Counted from the first letter of the stretch, positions 48,889-57,987 are shown. The stretch: 64,000 bases of DNA from an uncultured Flavobacteriaceae bacterium (GCA_963741865.1 CAVUJP010000002.1:193347-257346); one strand, 5' to 3'. Notes: a model not told the origin generated them from the sequence alone. Program-made: numbers and translations.

Positions 48889-49365
48889 ATGAAACGAATC
48901 TATTTAATGTTGCTAAGTAGTGTTCTCTTAATGGGAAGCTTAAGCTGCCAGGAAAAAAGTAAAGAAGAAGCTAAAGAAGAACAAACAAAATCCGAAAGCG
49001 GAGTGCCTCAAATGGTAAAAGAAGCTTTTCAGAATAAATACCCCAATGAGCACGACCCCGATTGGGAACAGGATGACCATGATTACTGGGAGGCCCATTT
49101 TAAAAAAGACGGCGTGCATTATCGTGCCGATTTCACTGCGGAAGGTGCCTGGGTGGAAACAGAGAACAGCGTGAAAAAAGATGAAATTCCCGATGCCGTT
49201 AAGAAAACAATCCGGGAAAAATATCCCGATCGGGAGATCATCGAAATCGAGCATGTGCAAAGTGCCCGTGAAGGTGATTTTTATGATGTGGAATTCAAAC
49301 AGGAGGGAAAAAATATGGATGTGGAGATCAGGAAAGACGGTACCGTGATCACCGTAGAACAGTAA
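48889..49365 (+). CDS. PepSY-like domain protein (secreted)
   Basis: Signal peptide and two tandem PepSY-like modules (P..VKEAFQNKYPNE ... / IPDAVKKTIREKYPDREIIEIE ...). Confidence 0.7.
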   Translation: MKRIYLMLLSSVLLMGSLSCQEKSKEEAKEEQTKSESGVPQMVKEAFQNKYPNEHDPDWEQDDHDYWEAHFKKDGVHYRADFTAEGAWVETENSVKKDEIPDAVKKTIREKYPDREIIEIEHVQSAREGDFYDVEFKQEGKNMDVEIRKDGTVITVEQ

Positions 49366-49389
49366 TACATAAAACGCAAATTATCTAAG

Positions 49390-49424
49390 CAGCTTCTGGA
49401 AACAGAGGCTGTTTTGCATTTTTT
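49390..49424 (+). terminator. rho-independent terminator
   Basis: CAGCTTCTG-GAAA-CAGAGGCTG stem-loop followed by TTTTGCATTTTTT. Confidence 0.7.
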
Positions 49425-49436
49425 CATAAGGTGCGT

Positions 49437-49800
49437 AATTCGAAATACGAGTGTAATTGTTACGGCGATAAAGTTCCGCCGCTTCAAATTCTTTTACCCA
49501 AGCCCCGAAGGAGCACTTGAAAAACCTGAAAAGGAACTTAAAGCTTTTAGTAAAACTAAACTACCTGAACCATCATAAAATCAGAATATTACTTTAAATA
49601 TAAACACCGACGAGCTTTGGTATTTCGATTCAGATTCCAATTCATGGAAACTCGATGGCGGTACTTATGAGATTATCGTTGCCAGTAATTCTGAAACTCC
49701 TGAATTAAAAGCTGAAGTGAGGCTGGAAAAAAGAACCATTGCTAAACCCAGCGACTCACTGAAACCACAGAAAGAAACAGAAGAGTTATTACAAAAGTAA
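49437..49800 (+). pseudogene. remnant of a glycoside hydrolase C-terminal Fn3-like domain (GH3-type), 5'-truncated, with in-frame TAA at 49576-49578 and an upstream frame change
   Basis: Translation reads PEGALEKPEKELKAFSKTKLPEPS*NQNITLNINTDELWYFDSDSNSWKLDGGTYEIIVASNSETPELKAEVRLE. This resembles the KEL-K-x-F...L-x-PGES...W...G-x-Y-x-I-x-V domain end of beta-glucosidases. Confidence 0.5.
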
Positions 49801-49825
49801 AGACTTTTTACAACAAAAAACTGTC

Positions 49826-50341
49826 TCAAAAGTAGAAAACTAAATACATAAAACCTTTTTGCATAGGAATGTAAGTAATATCGATGGCCCAAACCTGATT
49901 GGTACGATCTACAGTGAGATTTCTTAATAGATAAGGATAAACCTTATGCTCTTTATTCCGCCTGGAGGTATGTTTCCCTGGCATAATGGCTCTAAGTCCC
50001 ATTACCTTGGAATAAAGTCGTTCTATGCGCTTTTTATTGACCCTATATCCTTTATCCAACGTAAGCCAGGTATGCATTCTCCTGGCTCCTTTAAAGGGAT
50101 GATGAGTATAATGTTCGTCCATCAGGCGCATTAGTTCTAAATTGAGTTTGCTTTCTCCCTGAGGTTTATAGTAAAGCCCACTGCGATGGATCTGTAAAAG
50201 TTCACATTGACGTTGGATACTGAGTTTAGAATGATCCTTGCTTATCATTGTACGACGTTCTCCTAAAGGTTTTATCGCAAGGCGTTTTTTAAAAAATCAT
50301 TCTCCACTTTAAGCTCCCCAATCACTTTAAGAAGCTGGTCT
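49826..50341 (-). mobile_element. IS3-family transposase relic (last ~22 codons of OrfA, A-AAA-AAC frameshift heptamer, first ~140 codons of OrfB; DDE core and both ends missing)
   Basis: OrfA tail DQLLKVIGELKVENDFLKNALR*. The slippery heptamer lies at 50285-50291. The OrfB part reads SIQRQCELL...RRMHTWL...NQVWAIDITYIPMQKGFMYL and then ends abruptly. Confidence 0.8.
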
Positions 50342-50478
50342 TAGAAAGACCATTCTTTTAACCTTTTTAGGTCATCGTTTCCGAAAATTAACCTTAGAAA
50401 GAATTTAGAAGAACATGGAAAAGAGGAAGGTAATTAATTAGCTTTATTCATGTTTTTAGTTTACATTTAATTGACTGT

Positions 50479-50496
50479 ATTTCAGTATACTGAAAT
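50479..50496. promoter_or_regulatory. 18-bp perfect palindrome ATTTCAGTATACTGAAAT
   Basis: Perfect dyad 93 nt upstream of the 50589 start codon, so it is a candidate dimeric-regulator operator. Confidence 0.35.
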
Positions 50497-50588
50497 GCCT
50501 CCCCCAAAACTTTTTCCTGTTTTTTGTTGCCCCAGTTTTAGAGAATTTTATCAAGTCATTATATCATACTAATGAAAAAATTGAATTC

Positions 50589-50951
50589 ATGGCAACAACA
50601 CGAACAATTTATGTAAGCAAGGAACCGACTTCTGACAAATTAAAGCTCAGGGACAGCGAAAATCACAATCCCGGAAATGATGATCTCACCACTTTTGTAG
50701 ATCCGGGAGACACTGTAAAATGGGTGCGGGATACCGATAGCGGCCTCTCTGAACTTGTTAAGGTCAAAAAGAAATCAGGTACTCACCAGTTGCTTACCGG
50801 AGATCCCGCTAAAAAAAACGGAGTTTGGCAGGGAACTGTAAAAACTCCCTCTCCGGGCAGGAATAAAAAAGAAAAGTACAAAATTGAGTATAAGGTGAAC
50901 GGCAGTGATAAAAATCATTCAGATGATCCTGTGCTCCAAATGAAAAGTTAG
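50589..50951 (+). CDS. hypothetical 120-aa soluble protein
   Basis: No signal peptide and a beta-rich, K/D/G/T-rich sequence. The stop TAG is immediately followed by the ATG of the cyclase in the same frame. Confidence 0.5.
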   Translation: MATTRTIYVSKEPTSDKLKLRDSENHNPGNDDLTTFVDPGDTVKWVRDTDSGLSELVKVKKKSGTHQLLTGDPAKKNGVWQGTVKTPSPGRNKKEKYKIEYKVNGSDKNHSDDPVLQMKS

Positions 50952-52805
50952 ATGTTTAGCTTTCTTAAGATGCAAATCCCCCATTATTTTTTAGTGGGAT
51001 TTTTTTGTTTGTTGACGAATCTCCTCTTTGCCCAGCAAGAGGTGGATAGTCTTATTGTCCAGTATGAAAAAGGTCAAAACGAGGGCAGCGAATTTGAAAT
51101 TCTGAAGAAAATCGCCGAAGACCTCACCGATCCCGATTCCAAAATCCAGTATTCCGAACTTCTTATTCAGAAGGCTTCTGAAGACTCAGCTTTCCAGTAT
51201 CTGCACAGTGGTTATCTTCAAAAAGGGAATGCCCTTCAGCTTAAAGGTGACTATGCCATGGCTTTGGATGCCTATTTCCAGAGTATAAAATACGCGAAAA
51301 GAATCGATGAAATCAAAGGAGTGGGAGCGGTTAGCATCTCTGTCGCTGATACTTATAATATGATAGGAAATCCTGAGACTTCGGAAGAATATTACCAAAA
51401 AGGGATCGAGATCCTTCGCACCACAAACGATTCTATTAACCTTGCTTCAGCTTTACTCAACGCCGGTGATCAGGCATTTAATTCTGGGAAGTATGAAAAA
51501 GCCCTGGATTATTTTAAGGAATCAGGTATTATCTTTAAAAAGATCGAATATCTCTTAGGAACCGCTTATAATTTGGGAAATGTAGGAATGGTTTATGCCC
51601 AACAGGGTAAAAATGAACTGGCTGAAAAAAACATCAATCAGGCAATTAATATGCTGGAAGACATGGAGCAGTATTATCCAATTTCGGTATATCTAAGGTA
51701 TATGTCTGATATCTATAAGAAAAAGAGCGATTATTCCTCGGCAGTTGCCTATACCAAACAGAGTCTTAATATTGCCAAAAATCACGGGCTAAAAGATCAG
51801 GTTTCCGATGCCTATTTGCAACTGGCTGAACTTGATGCCGGAGCCGGAGATTATCAGGCCGCCTATAAGAATTATCAGAACCATATCGTTTTTCGTGACA
51901 GTGTTCGCAACCTGGAAACAATTCAGCAAATGGCTGAATTGCGAAATGATCACGAAATAGCACAGAAACAGGTGGAAGTTGATCTGATGACCCAGCGGCA
52001 AAGAAATCAAAAAGTCATAGTTATAGCTACTCTTCTTGCTCTTTTGTCTATAGTTATTATAGCTATTGGACTTTATCGGCGTAACCTGTTTATCAAAAAG
52101 ACCAGTGCCATTATTGAAAAGGAGAAAACTAGATCTGATAATTTGCTGCTGAACATCTTACCGGAAGAAACCGCCCGGGAACTGAAGGATTTCGGCAGAG
52201 TAAAATCGAAAAAGTTCGAATCGGTGAGTGTTCTTTTTATCGATTTTATGAATTTCACGAGCTTTTCTGAAAATTTATCGCCGGAAATACTGGTGGAAAG
52301 CGTTGATTTCTATTTTTCAAAGTTTGATGAAATTATGGGAAAGTACGGCCTTGAAAAGATCAAAACCATAGGTGATTGTTATATGTGCGCGGGGGGAATT
52401 CCTTTTCCTACAAAAGATCACGCCCATAAAGTAGCACTCGCCGCATTTGAAATTTGCGCATTCATGAAAAATTCTGGCAATATTGATCATGACCGGCATG
52501 TGAAGTTTGAAGCGAGAATAGGAATAAATACGGGGCCGGTGATAGCCGGGGTAGTGGGAAGTAAGAAATTTGCCTATGATATATGGGGTGATACCGTCAA
52601 TATTGCTTCGAGGATGGAATCGAATTCGGAAGCTGGCCGGATCAATATTTCCCAAAATACCTATATCCTAATTAAAGATAATTTCAATTGTGAATACCGT
52701 GGAGAAATTAAGGTAAAGAACAAAGGCATGATGAAAATGTATTACCTGAATTCAAATAAAAACCTTTCCCAACCTCATTCGAGTATAAAGGCTGCCCTGG
52801 TTTAA
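50952..52805 (+). CDS. TPR-repeat membrane-anchored class III adenylate cyclase
   Basis: N-terminal hydrophobic segment, ~300 aa of TPRs, a coiled coil and a TM (VIVIATLLALLSIVIIAIGLY). The cyclase domain follows, with metal Asp (FIDF), KTIGDCYM, YDIWGDTVNIASRMES and a Lys/Asp specificity pair. Confidence 0.9.
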   Translation: MFSFLKMQIPHYFLVGFFCLLTNLLFAQQEVDSLIVQYEKGQNEGSEFEILKKIAEDLTDPDSKIQYSELLIQKASEDSAFQYLHSGYLQKGNALQLKGDYAMALDAYFQSIKYAKRIDEIKGVGAVSISVADTYNMIGNPETSEEYYQKGIEILRTTNDSINLASALLNAGDQAFNSGKYEKALDYFKESGIIFKKIEYLLGTAYNLGNVGMVYAQQGKNELAEKNINQAINMLEDMEQYYPISVYLRYMSDIYKKKSDYSSAVAYTKQSLNIAKNHGLKDQVSDAYLQLAELDAGAGDYQAAYKNYQNHIVFRDSVRNLETIQQMAELRNDHEIAQKQVEVDLMTQRQRNQKVIVIATLLALLSIVIIAIGLYRRNLFIKKTSAIIEKEKTRSDNLLLNILPEETARELKDFGRVKSKKFESVSVLFIDFMNFTSFSENLSPEILVESVDFYFSKFDEIMGKYGLEKIKTIGDCYMCAGGIPFPTKDHAHKVALAAFEICAFMKNSGNIDHDRHVKFEARIGINTGPVIAGVVGSKKFAYDIWGDTVNIASRMESNSEAGRINISQNTYILIKDNFNCEYRGEIKVKNKGMMKMYYLNSNKNLSQPHSSIKAALV

Positions 52806-52819
52806 ATTCATTTTCTTTT

Positions 52820-52875
52820 CAGAACTATTAACACCTGAAATTTATGATTTCATTGATTTAAAGACGCTGTTCGTT
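52820..52875 (+). repeat. intergenic repeat copy B (core AAATTTATGATTTCATTGA)
   Basis: See copy A. This copy lies in a convergent intergenic region with no gene downstream on the + strand. Confidence 0.5.
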
Positions 52876-52907
52876 TTTTAAAAGCTGTTTTCGAGTTCGG
52901 AGTTTTT

Positions 52908-53684
52908 TTATTCTTTTTCTGAAGCTCCGGGTTTAAATTCAAAGATCAAATCAATAATAGCGTCCCAGTAATCATTATCAACACCATGACGCGCTCCGGT
53001 AACTAATTCCCACCCATTGTCATTATTAAAAACCAAACCTGTACCCGCAAACCAGTTAAATTCTTCTTCATTTATTGCATTAAGCTCTAAAAGCGGGTGA
53101 ACATGTCCATAGCCATAAACCGCCGCAAGGTTATAAATCCATTCGGTGTGCTCTTTTTGTATTTCAGCCCCTGCATTTACATGTACCTGTACCTTTTTAA
53201 ACTCCCTAGCATAAAGGAGCATAGGAGTGTAAGAAGGCTTGAAGTCTTCTTCGGTTTCCATTTCCGGTTTGTTTACAGGAAATTCTGCTTCAAATGAAAG
53301 AGCGGCCGCATTTTTAATATTATTGAAAAGGCTCAATTTGGCGCCTGTTTCCAGCCATCCATCGTGATAAGAAAGTTCATCTGTTTTCCAGTGATCATAA
53401 GTATAACCCGCTGAAAGCTGAAAACTACTGGTAATACCATACTCGATTTCATAGCCCAGGCTATTGGCAATTCTTTCATTTTTGGTATGCCCTGTAAATA
53501 AAGTCTGCTGAATTTCATTCTGGTCCTGAAGATAAACAGATTCCGTAAAGGGAAATTCCTGGAACATTTCCTTCAGAGAATTTTTTTTCTCTTTTTCTGA
53601 TTGAGCGGAAGTGATTCCTAAGAAACTCAAAAAGAACAAAATACTAAGAATACCTGCAGAAGGTCCTATATTATAATTCATCAC
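52908..53684 (-). CDS. hypothetical secreted protein, possible small beta-barrel
   Basis: Signal peptide (..LGITSAQS), alternating hydrophobic/aromatic strands and a C-terminal ...LIFEFKPG. Confidence 0.5.
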   Translation of the reverse strand: MMNYNIGPSAGILSILFFLSFLGITSAQSEKEKKNSLKEMFQEFPFTESVYLQDQNEIQQTLFTGHTKNERIANSLGYEIEYGITSSFQLSAGYTYDHWKTDELSYHDGWLETGAKLSLFNNIKNAAALSFEAEFPVNKPEMETEEDFKPSYTPMLLYAREFKKVQVHVNAGAEIQKEHTEWIYNLAAVYGYGHVHPLLELNAINEEEFNWFAGTGLVFNNDNGWELVTGARHGVDNDYWDAIIDLIFEFKPGASEKE

Positions 53685-53777
53685 TAAATCTGGTTGGTTA
53701 CAAATTAAATTTAGGAAGTATTGACCACCAGAAGTGCATATTCTACAAGCTTAACAGCAATTTATTTTTTCTATAAC

Positions 53778-54290
53778 TTAATTTAGGAAATCAGAAGAAT
53801 CTTCAACTTCTTTAAGCAAATCCTGAAGCTCCAGCGGGTGAGTAAACATTTCAACAGAGCCATCAGGCTTTCTGGGCCATTCTTCTTTAGGGCGGTCCCA
53901 GTAAAGTTCCACCCCGTTTTGATCGGGATCATTGAGATATAAGGCTTCCGAAACTCCATGATCGGCAGCGCCGGTGAGAGGATAATTTTTCTCACGCAAA
54001 CGCTGCAAAATGATGGCCAGATCTTTTCGACTTGGGTAGACAATTGCAGTATGAAAAAGGCCCGTTTTATTCATGAGTGCAGGGCCGGAATTTTTACTGT
54101 ACCAGGTATTCAGCCCGATATGGTGATGATATCCGCCGGCAGAAATAAAGACCGCATCTTCCCCGAAGCGGGTCGTTATTTCAAATCCCAGAATACCGCA
54201 GTAAAAATCAAGAGCACGTTCAATATCTGAAACTTTCAAATGGACATGGCCAATTCTTGTGGCCGCAGGAATTTTATAGTTATCATTCAT
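53778..54290 (-). CDS. VOC (glyoxalase/bleomycin-resistance/extradiol dioxygenase) family protein
   Basis: IGHVHLKVSDIERALDFY followed by a second beta-alpha-beta module (GLFHTAIVYP). Confidence 0.85.
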   Translation of the reverse strand: MNDNYKIPAATRIGHVHLKVSDIERALDFYCGILGFEITTRFGEDAVFISAGGYHHHIGLNTWYSKNSGPALMNKTGLFHTAIVYPSRKDLAIILQRLREKNYPLTGAADHGVSEALYLNDPDQNGVELYWDRPKEEWPRKPDGSVEMFTHPLELQDLLKEVEDSSDFLN

Positions 54291-54323
54291 AATTCTAAGT
54301 TAGCAATTCAAAGAAAATTCACG

Positions 54324-54827
54324 TCAGGAATGAGTGAATTTAGTAATAAGTTCCTGGTGTTGCGGGAATTCTGAAATCAATTCGTTTCGGGATGGCAGCA
54401 CAAAATCGTCAAAATCGAATCCCGGAGCCACCGTACATCCCACCAGCGCATAAGAATCATCATCCAGTATCCTGGCAGCGAAATAATTGTCGCCATGAAC
54501 CACAAGCTGAGGCGTTTGTCCGCTGCTAAAATCCCCGCCGATAAGAAATTTGTGATGATGCCCATCTTCCGAGATCGTATGCAGCTCAATAGGAGAGCCC
54601 TCATAAAAATGCCAGATCTCATCCTGATTGATCTTGTGGAAAGCCGAAAACATATCTGAAGTCAGCAAAAAATAAATACAGGTGGAGACATTTCTTTTTC
54701 CGTTGTAATTTTCACCTAATTCCGAATGACTTATTTCTTCAGAACTGCGGTAGGTTTCCTTAAAATAACCGCCTTCAGGGTGTGGCTGAAGATCGAGCTT
54801 TTCGATGAGTTCTTTAATACGGTCCAT
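54324..54827 (-). CDS. cupin (DUF985) family protein
   Basis: LQPHPEGGYFKETYRS is the DUF985 hallmark. The internal ATG at 54827 is preferred over the listed start at 54917. Confidence 0.8.
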   Translation of the reverse strand: MDRIKELIEKLDLQPHPEGGYFKETYRSSEEISHSELGENYNGKRNVSTCIYFLLTSDMFSAFHKINQDEIWHFYEGSPIELHTISEDGHHHKFLIGGDFSSGQTPQLVVHGDNYFAARILDDDSYALVGCTVAPGFDFDDFVLPSRNELISEFPQHQELITKFTHS

Positions 54828-54928
54828 TACTTCCAATTTAAATGATTTACATATTACTGAATTGTGATCAATAAAAAAGAATTTTGATAAAAAAACCTGT
54901 AGTTTCGCCACTTCCAAAACTTCTTTAA

Positions 54929-55810
54929 ATGAAGGCGATTGCCACCAAAGCCATTTATATTGTCGTCATCTGTGCATTAATTGCGGGAACCAACGGAGTT
55001 TTTATCAAATCTATGTCCAGTATGTCGGTAGGTTTGATAGCGTGGTTTAGAACTATAGTGCCCGTTGTATTTTTACTGCCATTTTTATGGAAGGTCAGAA
55101 AACCTGTTTTAAAGGGAAATTATAAACATATGCTTCTGGCGTCTGTCATCAACGCAGGCCGAATGTACCTTTATCTTACCGCCTATAAGTTCACTTCCAT
55201 AGGAAATGCAGTGGTCCTTTTTTATTCCTATCCATTGTTTGTTACCGCTATCGAGAGTATATACTACAAGAAACCCGTACGTAAAACTCAGTGGTTCCTG
55301 CTCTTCCTGGCCTTTGCAGGTATCGTTCTCACTTATGCTGGAAAACCCTTCAGCTTTGAATCTGATGATTTTATAGGAATGCTTGCCGCCCTGGCTGCAT
55401 CTGTAGGCTATGCCATCACCGTGATCATGTTTAAAAAGGAAACCCACAATTATACCCAGAATGAGATCGTGGTTTATCAGAATATCGCCGGAGCCCTGGT
55501 TTTCCTGCCGTTTCTCCCCGAATTTCCTTCCGCAGAGATCAGCCATATGGGAATAGGAATTATTTACGGAATAATTATAGGAGTGGTGGTCTTCAAAATG
55601 TTCTTCTACGGACTCAAATTTCTACCGGCCGCTACGGCTACTTCTTTAATGTACCTGGAAGTGGTCAGCGCGATCTTATTCGGCTATTTTCTACTGGATG
55701 AAAAACTTAGCTGGAATACGTTTTTAGGCGGCGCATTCATTTTAACCAGTAGTTTTTTTATCTCAAGGATGAATCGGAAACAGGCAAGATTTCGGGCAGA
55801 ATCGGTTTAA
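54929..55810 (+). CDS. DMT-superfamily (EamA-like) transporter
   Basis: 10 TM helices arranged as two EamA-like halves. Confidence 0.85.
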   Translation: MKAIATKAIYIVVICALIAGTNGVFIKSMSSMSVGLIAWFRTIVPVVFLLPFLWKVRKPVLKGNYKHMLLASVINAGRMYLYLTAYKFTSIGNAVVLFYSYPLFVTAIESIYYKKPVRKTQWFLLFLAFAGIVLTYAGKPFSFESDDFIGMLAALAASVGYAITVIMFKKETHNYTQNEIVVYQNIAGALVFLPFLPEFPSAEISHMGIGIIYGIIIGVVVFKMFFYGLKFLPAATATSLMYLEVVSAILFGYFLLDEKLSWNTFLGGAFILTSSFFISRMNRKQARFRAESV

Positions 55811-55852
55811 AAAATATTCTTATCTTTTTTTTCAGTTTTAAAAGAACCAAAA

Positions 55853-56218
55853 ATGATTAAAAAACTGAATTGGGAAAGCATCCCTGTAGAAAAGGTGACC
55901 GATAAAATGGAACGCCAGCTGGTGTACGGCGAAAAAGTGATGGTCGCTAAAATGAAATTCAAAGATGGATTCCTGGTGCCGCAGCACAACCATATACATG
56001 AGCAGGTGACCAATGTGCTTTCCGGAACCATTCGTTTTTGGTTTGGGGAGAATAAAGAAGAGGTAATAGATCTCAATGCCGGGGATGTCATTGTAATTCC
56101 GCCCAACCTACCTCATGAAGCACTAATGATAGGTGATGTGGAAGAAATCGATACCTGGGCACCAATTCGCGAGGACTGGCTGGATGGTACCGATACTTAC
56201 TTAAGAAAAAACTCATAA
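55853..56218 (+). CDS. cupin domain protein
   Basis: 121 aa with the cupin motifs (PQHNHIHEQVTNVLSG ... GDVIVIPPNLPHEA). Confidence 0.8.
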   Translation: MIKKLNWESIPVEKVTDKMERQLVYGEKVMVAKMKFKDGFLVPQHNHIHEQVTNVLSGTIRFWFGENKEEVIDLNAGDVIVIPPNLPHEALMIGDVEEIDTWAPIREDWLDGTDTYLRKNS

Positions 56219-56223
56219 ATTAT

Positions 56224-56988
56224 ATGGATCTAGGATTAAAAAACAGAACGGCTTTTGTCGCTGCTTCCAGCCAGGGGCTTGGGAAAAGCGTGGCTATGGA
56301 ACTTGCCCGCGAGGGAGTAAAGGTGATCATCAACGGCCGGAATGAAAAAACCTTAAATGAAACCAAAGAAGAGATCGTCTCAGCCTGTAATGCTGAAGTG
56401 ACAGCCATTGCAGGGGATTTGTCAGTTGCCAAAGATCGGGAAAAAGTAGTAAAGGAAATACTTGATAAATACGGACATATTGATATTCTGGTGACCAATA
56501 CCGGAGGCCCTCCATCGGGGAAATTTGAAGATTTCAGTCAGGAAGACTGGGAAAAAGCCTATCAGCTGCTTCTGGCAAGCGCTGTTTTCATGATACGCAG
56601 TTTTCTCCCGGGAATGAAACAGCAAAAATGGGGACGCATCATCAGTATCACGTCACAGGCCGTCAAACAGCCCGTAGAAAACCTGATCTTATCTAATTCT
56701 GTAAGAGCTTCGGTCGCCGGTCTGACCAAGACCCTGGCCAGCGAATTGGGTGAATATAATATCACCGTTAATAATGTAATGCCCGGCTACACTAATACCA
56801 GCCGGCTTAAAAACCTGATTGATAAAAATCCGGAGGTGGAAAATGCGAAAAATGAAATTCCGTTAGGCCGTTTCGGGGAACCCGAGGAGTTTGCCGCCGC
56901 GGTCACTTTTCTCGCCAGCCAGAGAGCCAGTTATATCACCGGAGTTTCTCTCGCGGTTGATGGCGGATGGATCAAAAACATTTTATAA
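56224..56988 (+). CDS. SDR-family oxidoreductase
   Basis: Rossmann motif VAASSQGLGKSVA, an NTGG segment and a 254-aa classical SDR length. Confidence 0.9.
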   Translation: MDLGLKNRTAFVAASSQGLGKSVAMELAREGVKVIINGRNEKTLNETKEEIVSACNAEVTAIAGDLSVAKDREKVVKEILDKYGHIDILVTNTGGPPSGKFEDFSQEDWEKAYQLLLASAVFMIRSFLPGMKQQKWGRIISITSQAVKQPVENLILSNSVRASVAGLTKTLASELGEYNITVNNVMPGYTNTSRLKNLIDKNPEVENAKNEIPLGRFGEPEEFAAAVTFLASQRASYITGVSLAVDGGWIKNIL

Positions 56989-57749
56989 TGATTCAACTGG
57001 ACCTTAAAGAAAAAAACATCCTGCTTACCGGTGCTTCAAAAGGAATAGGGAAGGGGCTGGCCGATTTTTTAATGAAAATGGGAGCCAGCGTCGCCCTTCA
57101 TTATAATCGCAACAAATCTTCAGCCCAAGAACTCCTGAAAAAATACGACACCGGCTCTAAAATCTTTCAGGCTGATCTGGAAAAGGAATCGGAAGTTTTC
57201 AGATTATTTGAAGAAGTTACGGCCAAAATGGGAAAAATTGATGTTATTATCCTCAATGCCGGAGTGTTTCTTAAACATCCGGCTGCCCAGACTACCGAAG
57301 AATGGCTGAAAACATGGAAAAAAACCATCGATATTAACCTGAATTCGGTAGGAATTCTTACAAAGCTGGGGATCGATCATTTTACAGAAAATGGTGGCGG
57401 CCGCTTTATCTATATCGGCAGCCGTGCGGTTTTTAGAGGTGAAACCGAAGAATATCTCGCGTATGCGGCCTCAAAAGGCGGATTAACTTCTTTAGCGAGA
57501 TCGGTGGCGCGTTCCTTTGGGAAAGAAAATATCAAATCTTTTATAGTTTCCCCCGGATTTACGCGAACTGCCATGGCAGAACAATTTATTGAACAATACG
57601 GCGAAGAACGGATTTTAAAGGAAATTTCTTTAAATGAGCTTACCAGGCCCGAAGATCTCGCGCCATTGGTCGGGCTCATGTGCAGCGGACTCATGGATCA
57701 TGCTACCGGCGCAACGATTGATGTCAATGCCGGAAGTCATATTAGGTAA
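56988..57749 (+). CDS. SDR-family oxidoreductase
   Basis: TGASKGIG, NAGV and a YAASK catalytic motif. The ATG at 56988 overlaps the upstream stop (TAATG). Confidence 0.88.
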   Translation: MIQLDLKEKNILLTGASKGIGKGLADFLMKMGASVALHYNRNKSSAQELLKKYDTGSKIFQADLEKESEVFRLFEEVTAKMGKIDVIILNAGVFLKHPAAQTTEEWLKTWKKTIDINLNSVGILTKLGIDHFTENGGGRFIYIGSRAVFRGETEEYLAYAASKGGLTSLARSVARSFGKENIKSFIVSPGFTRTAMAEQFIEQYGEERILKEISLNELTRPEDLAPLVGLMCSGLMDHATGATIDVNAGSHIR

Positions 57750-57987
57750 TTTTTTGTAGTAGATAGCATTTTATTTGTACAAAACCATTGGGTTACCATA
57801 ATTTCCTTTAAAATAATTGTTGCCTATATAGGCCAAAAAGTACTATATCTACAATTATGTGTAAATAACCTGAAATACGGCTATACAGAAAGTATTATGA
57901 TTGAACTATAATTTATATTATGTAAAATAGAATATATCAAAAACAGCATCTCTCTATCATTCATTACTCAGTGGCTATCCTGAGGAT

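Noticed and set aside
49281-49892. Minus-strand ORFs 49281..49487 and 49665..49892
   Set aside because: They overlap the PepSY-like gene end, its terminator and the glycosidase remnant. The + strand remnant translation explains the region better.
50952-52805. Cyclase as a Pycsar/CBASS-type antiphage nucleotide cyclase
   Set aside because: The architecture (signal/TM, long TPR array, TM, class III domain with a Lys/Asp adenine-specifying pair) is that of a sensory adenylate cyclase. No effector gene (TIR, TM toxin, nuclease or patatin) is adjacent.
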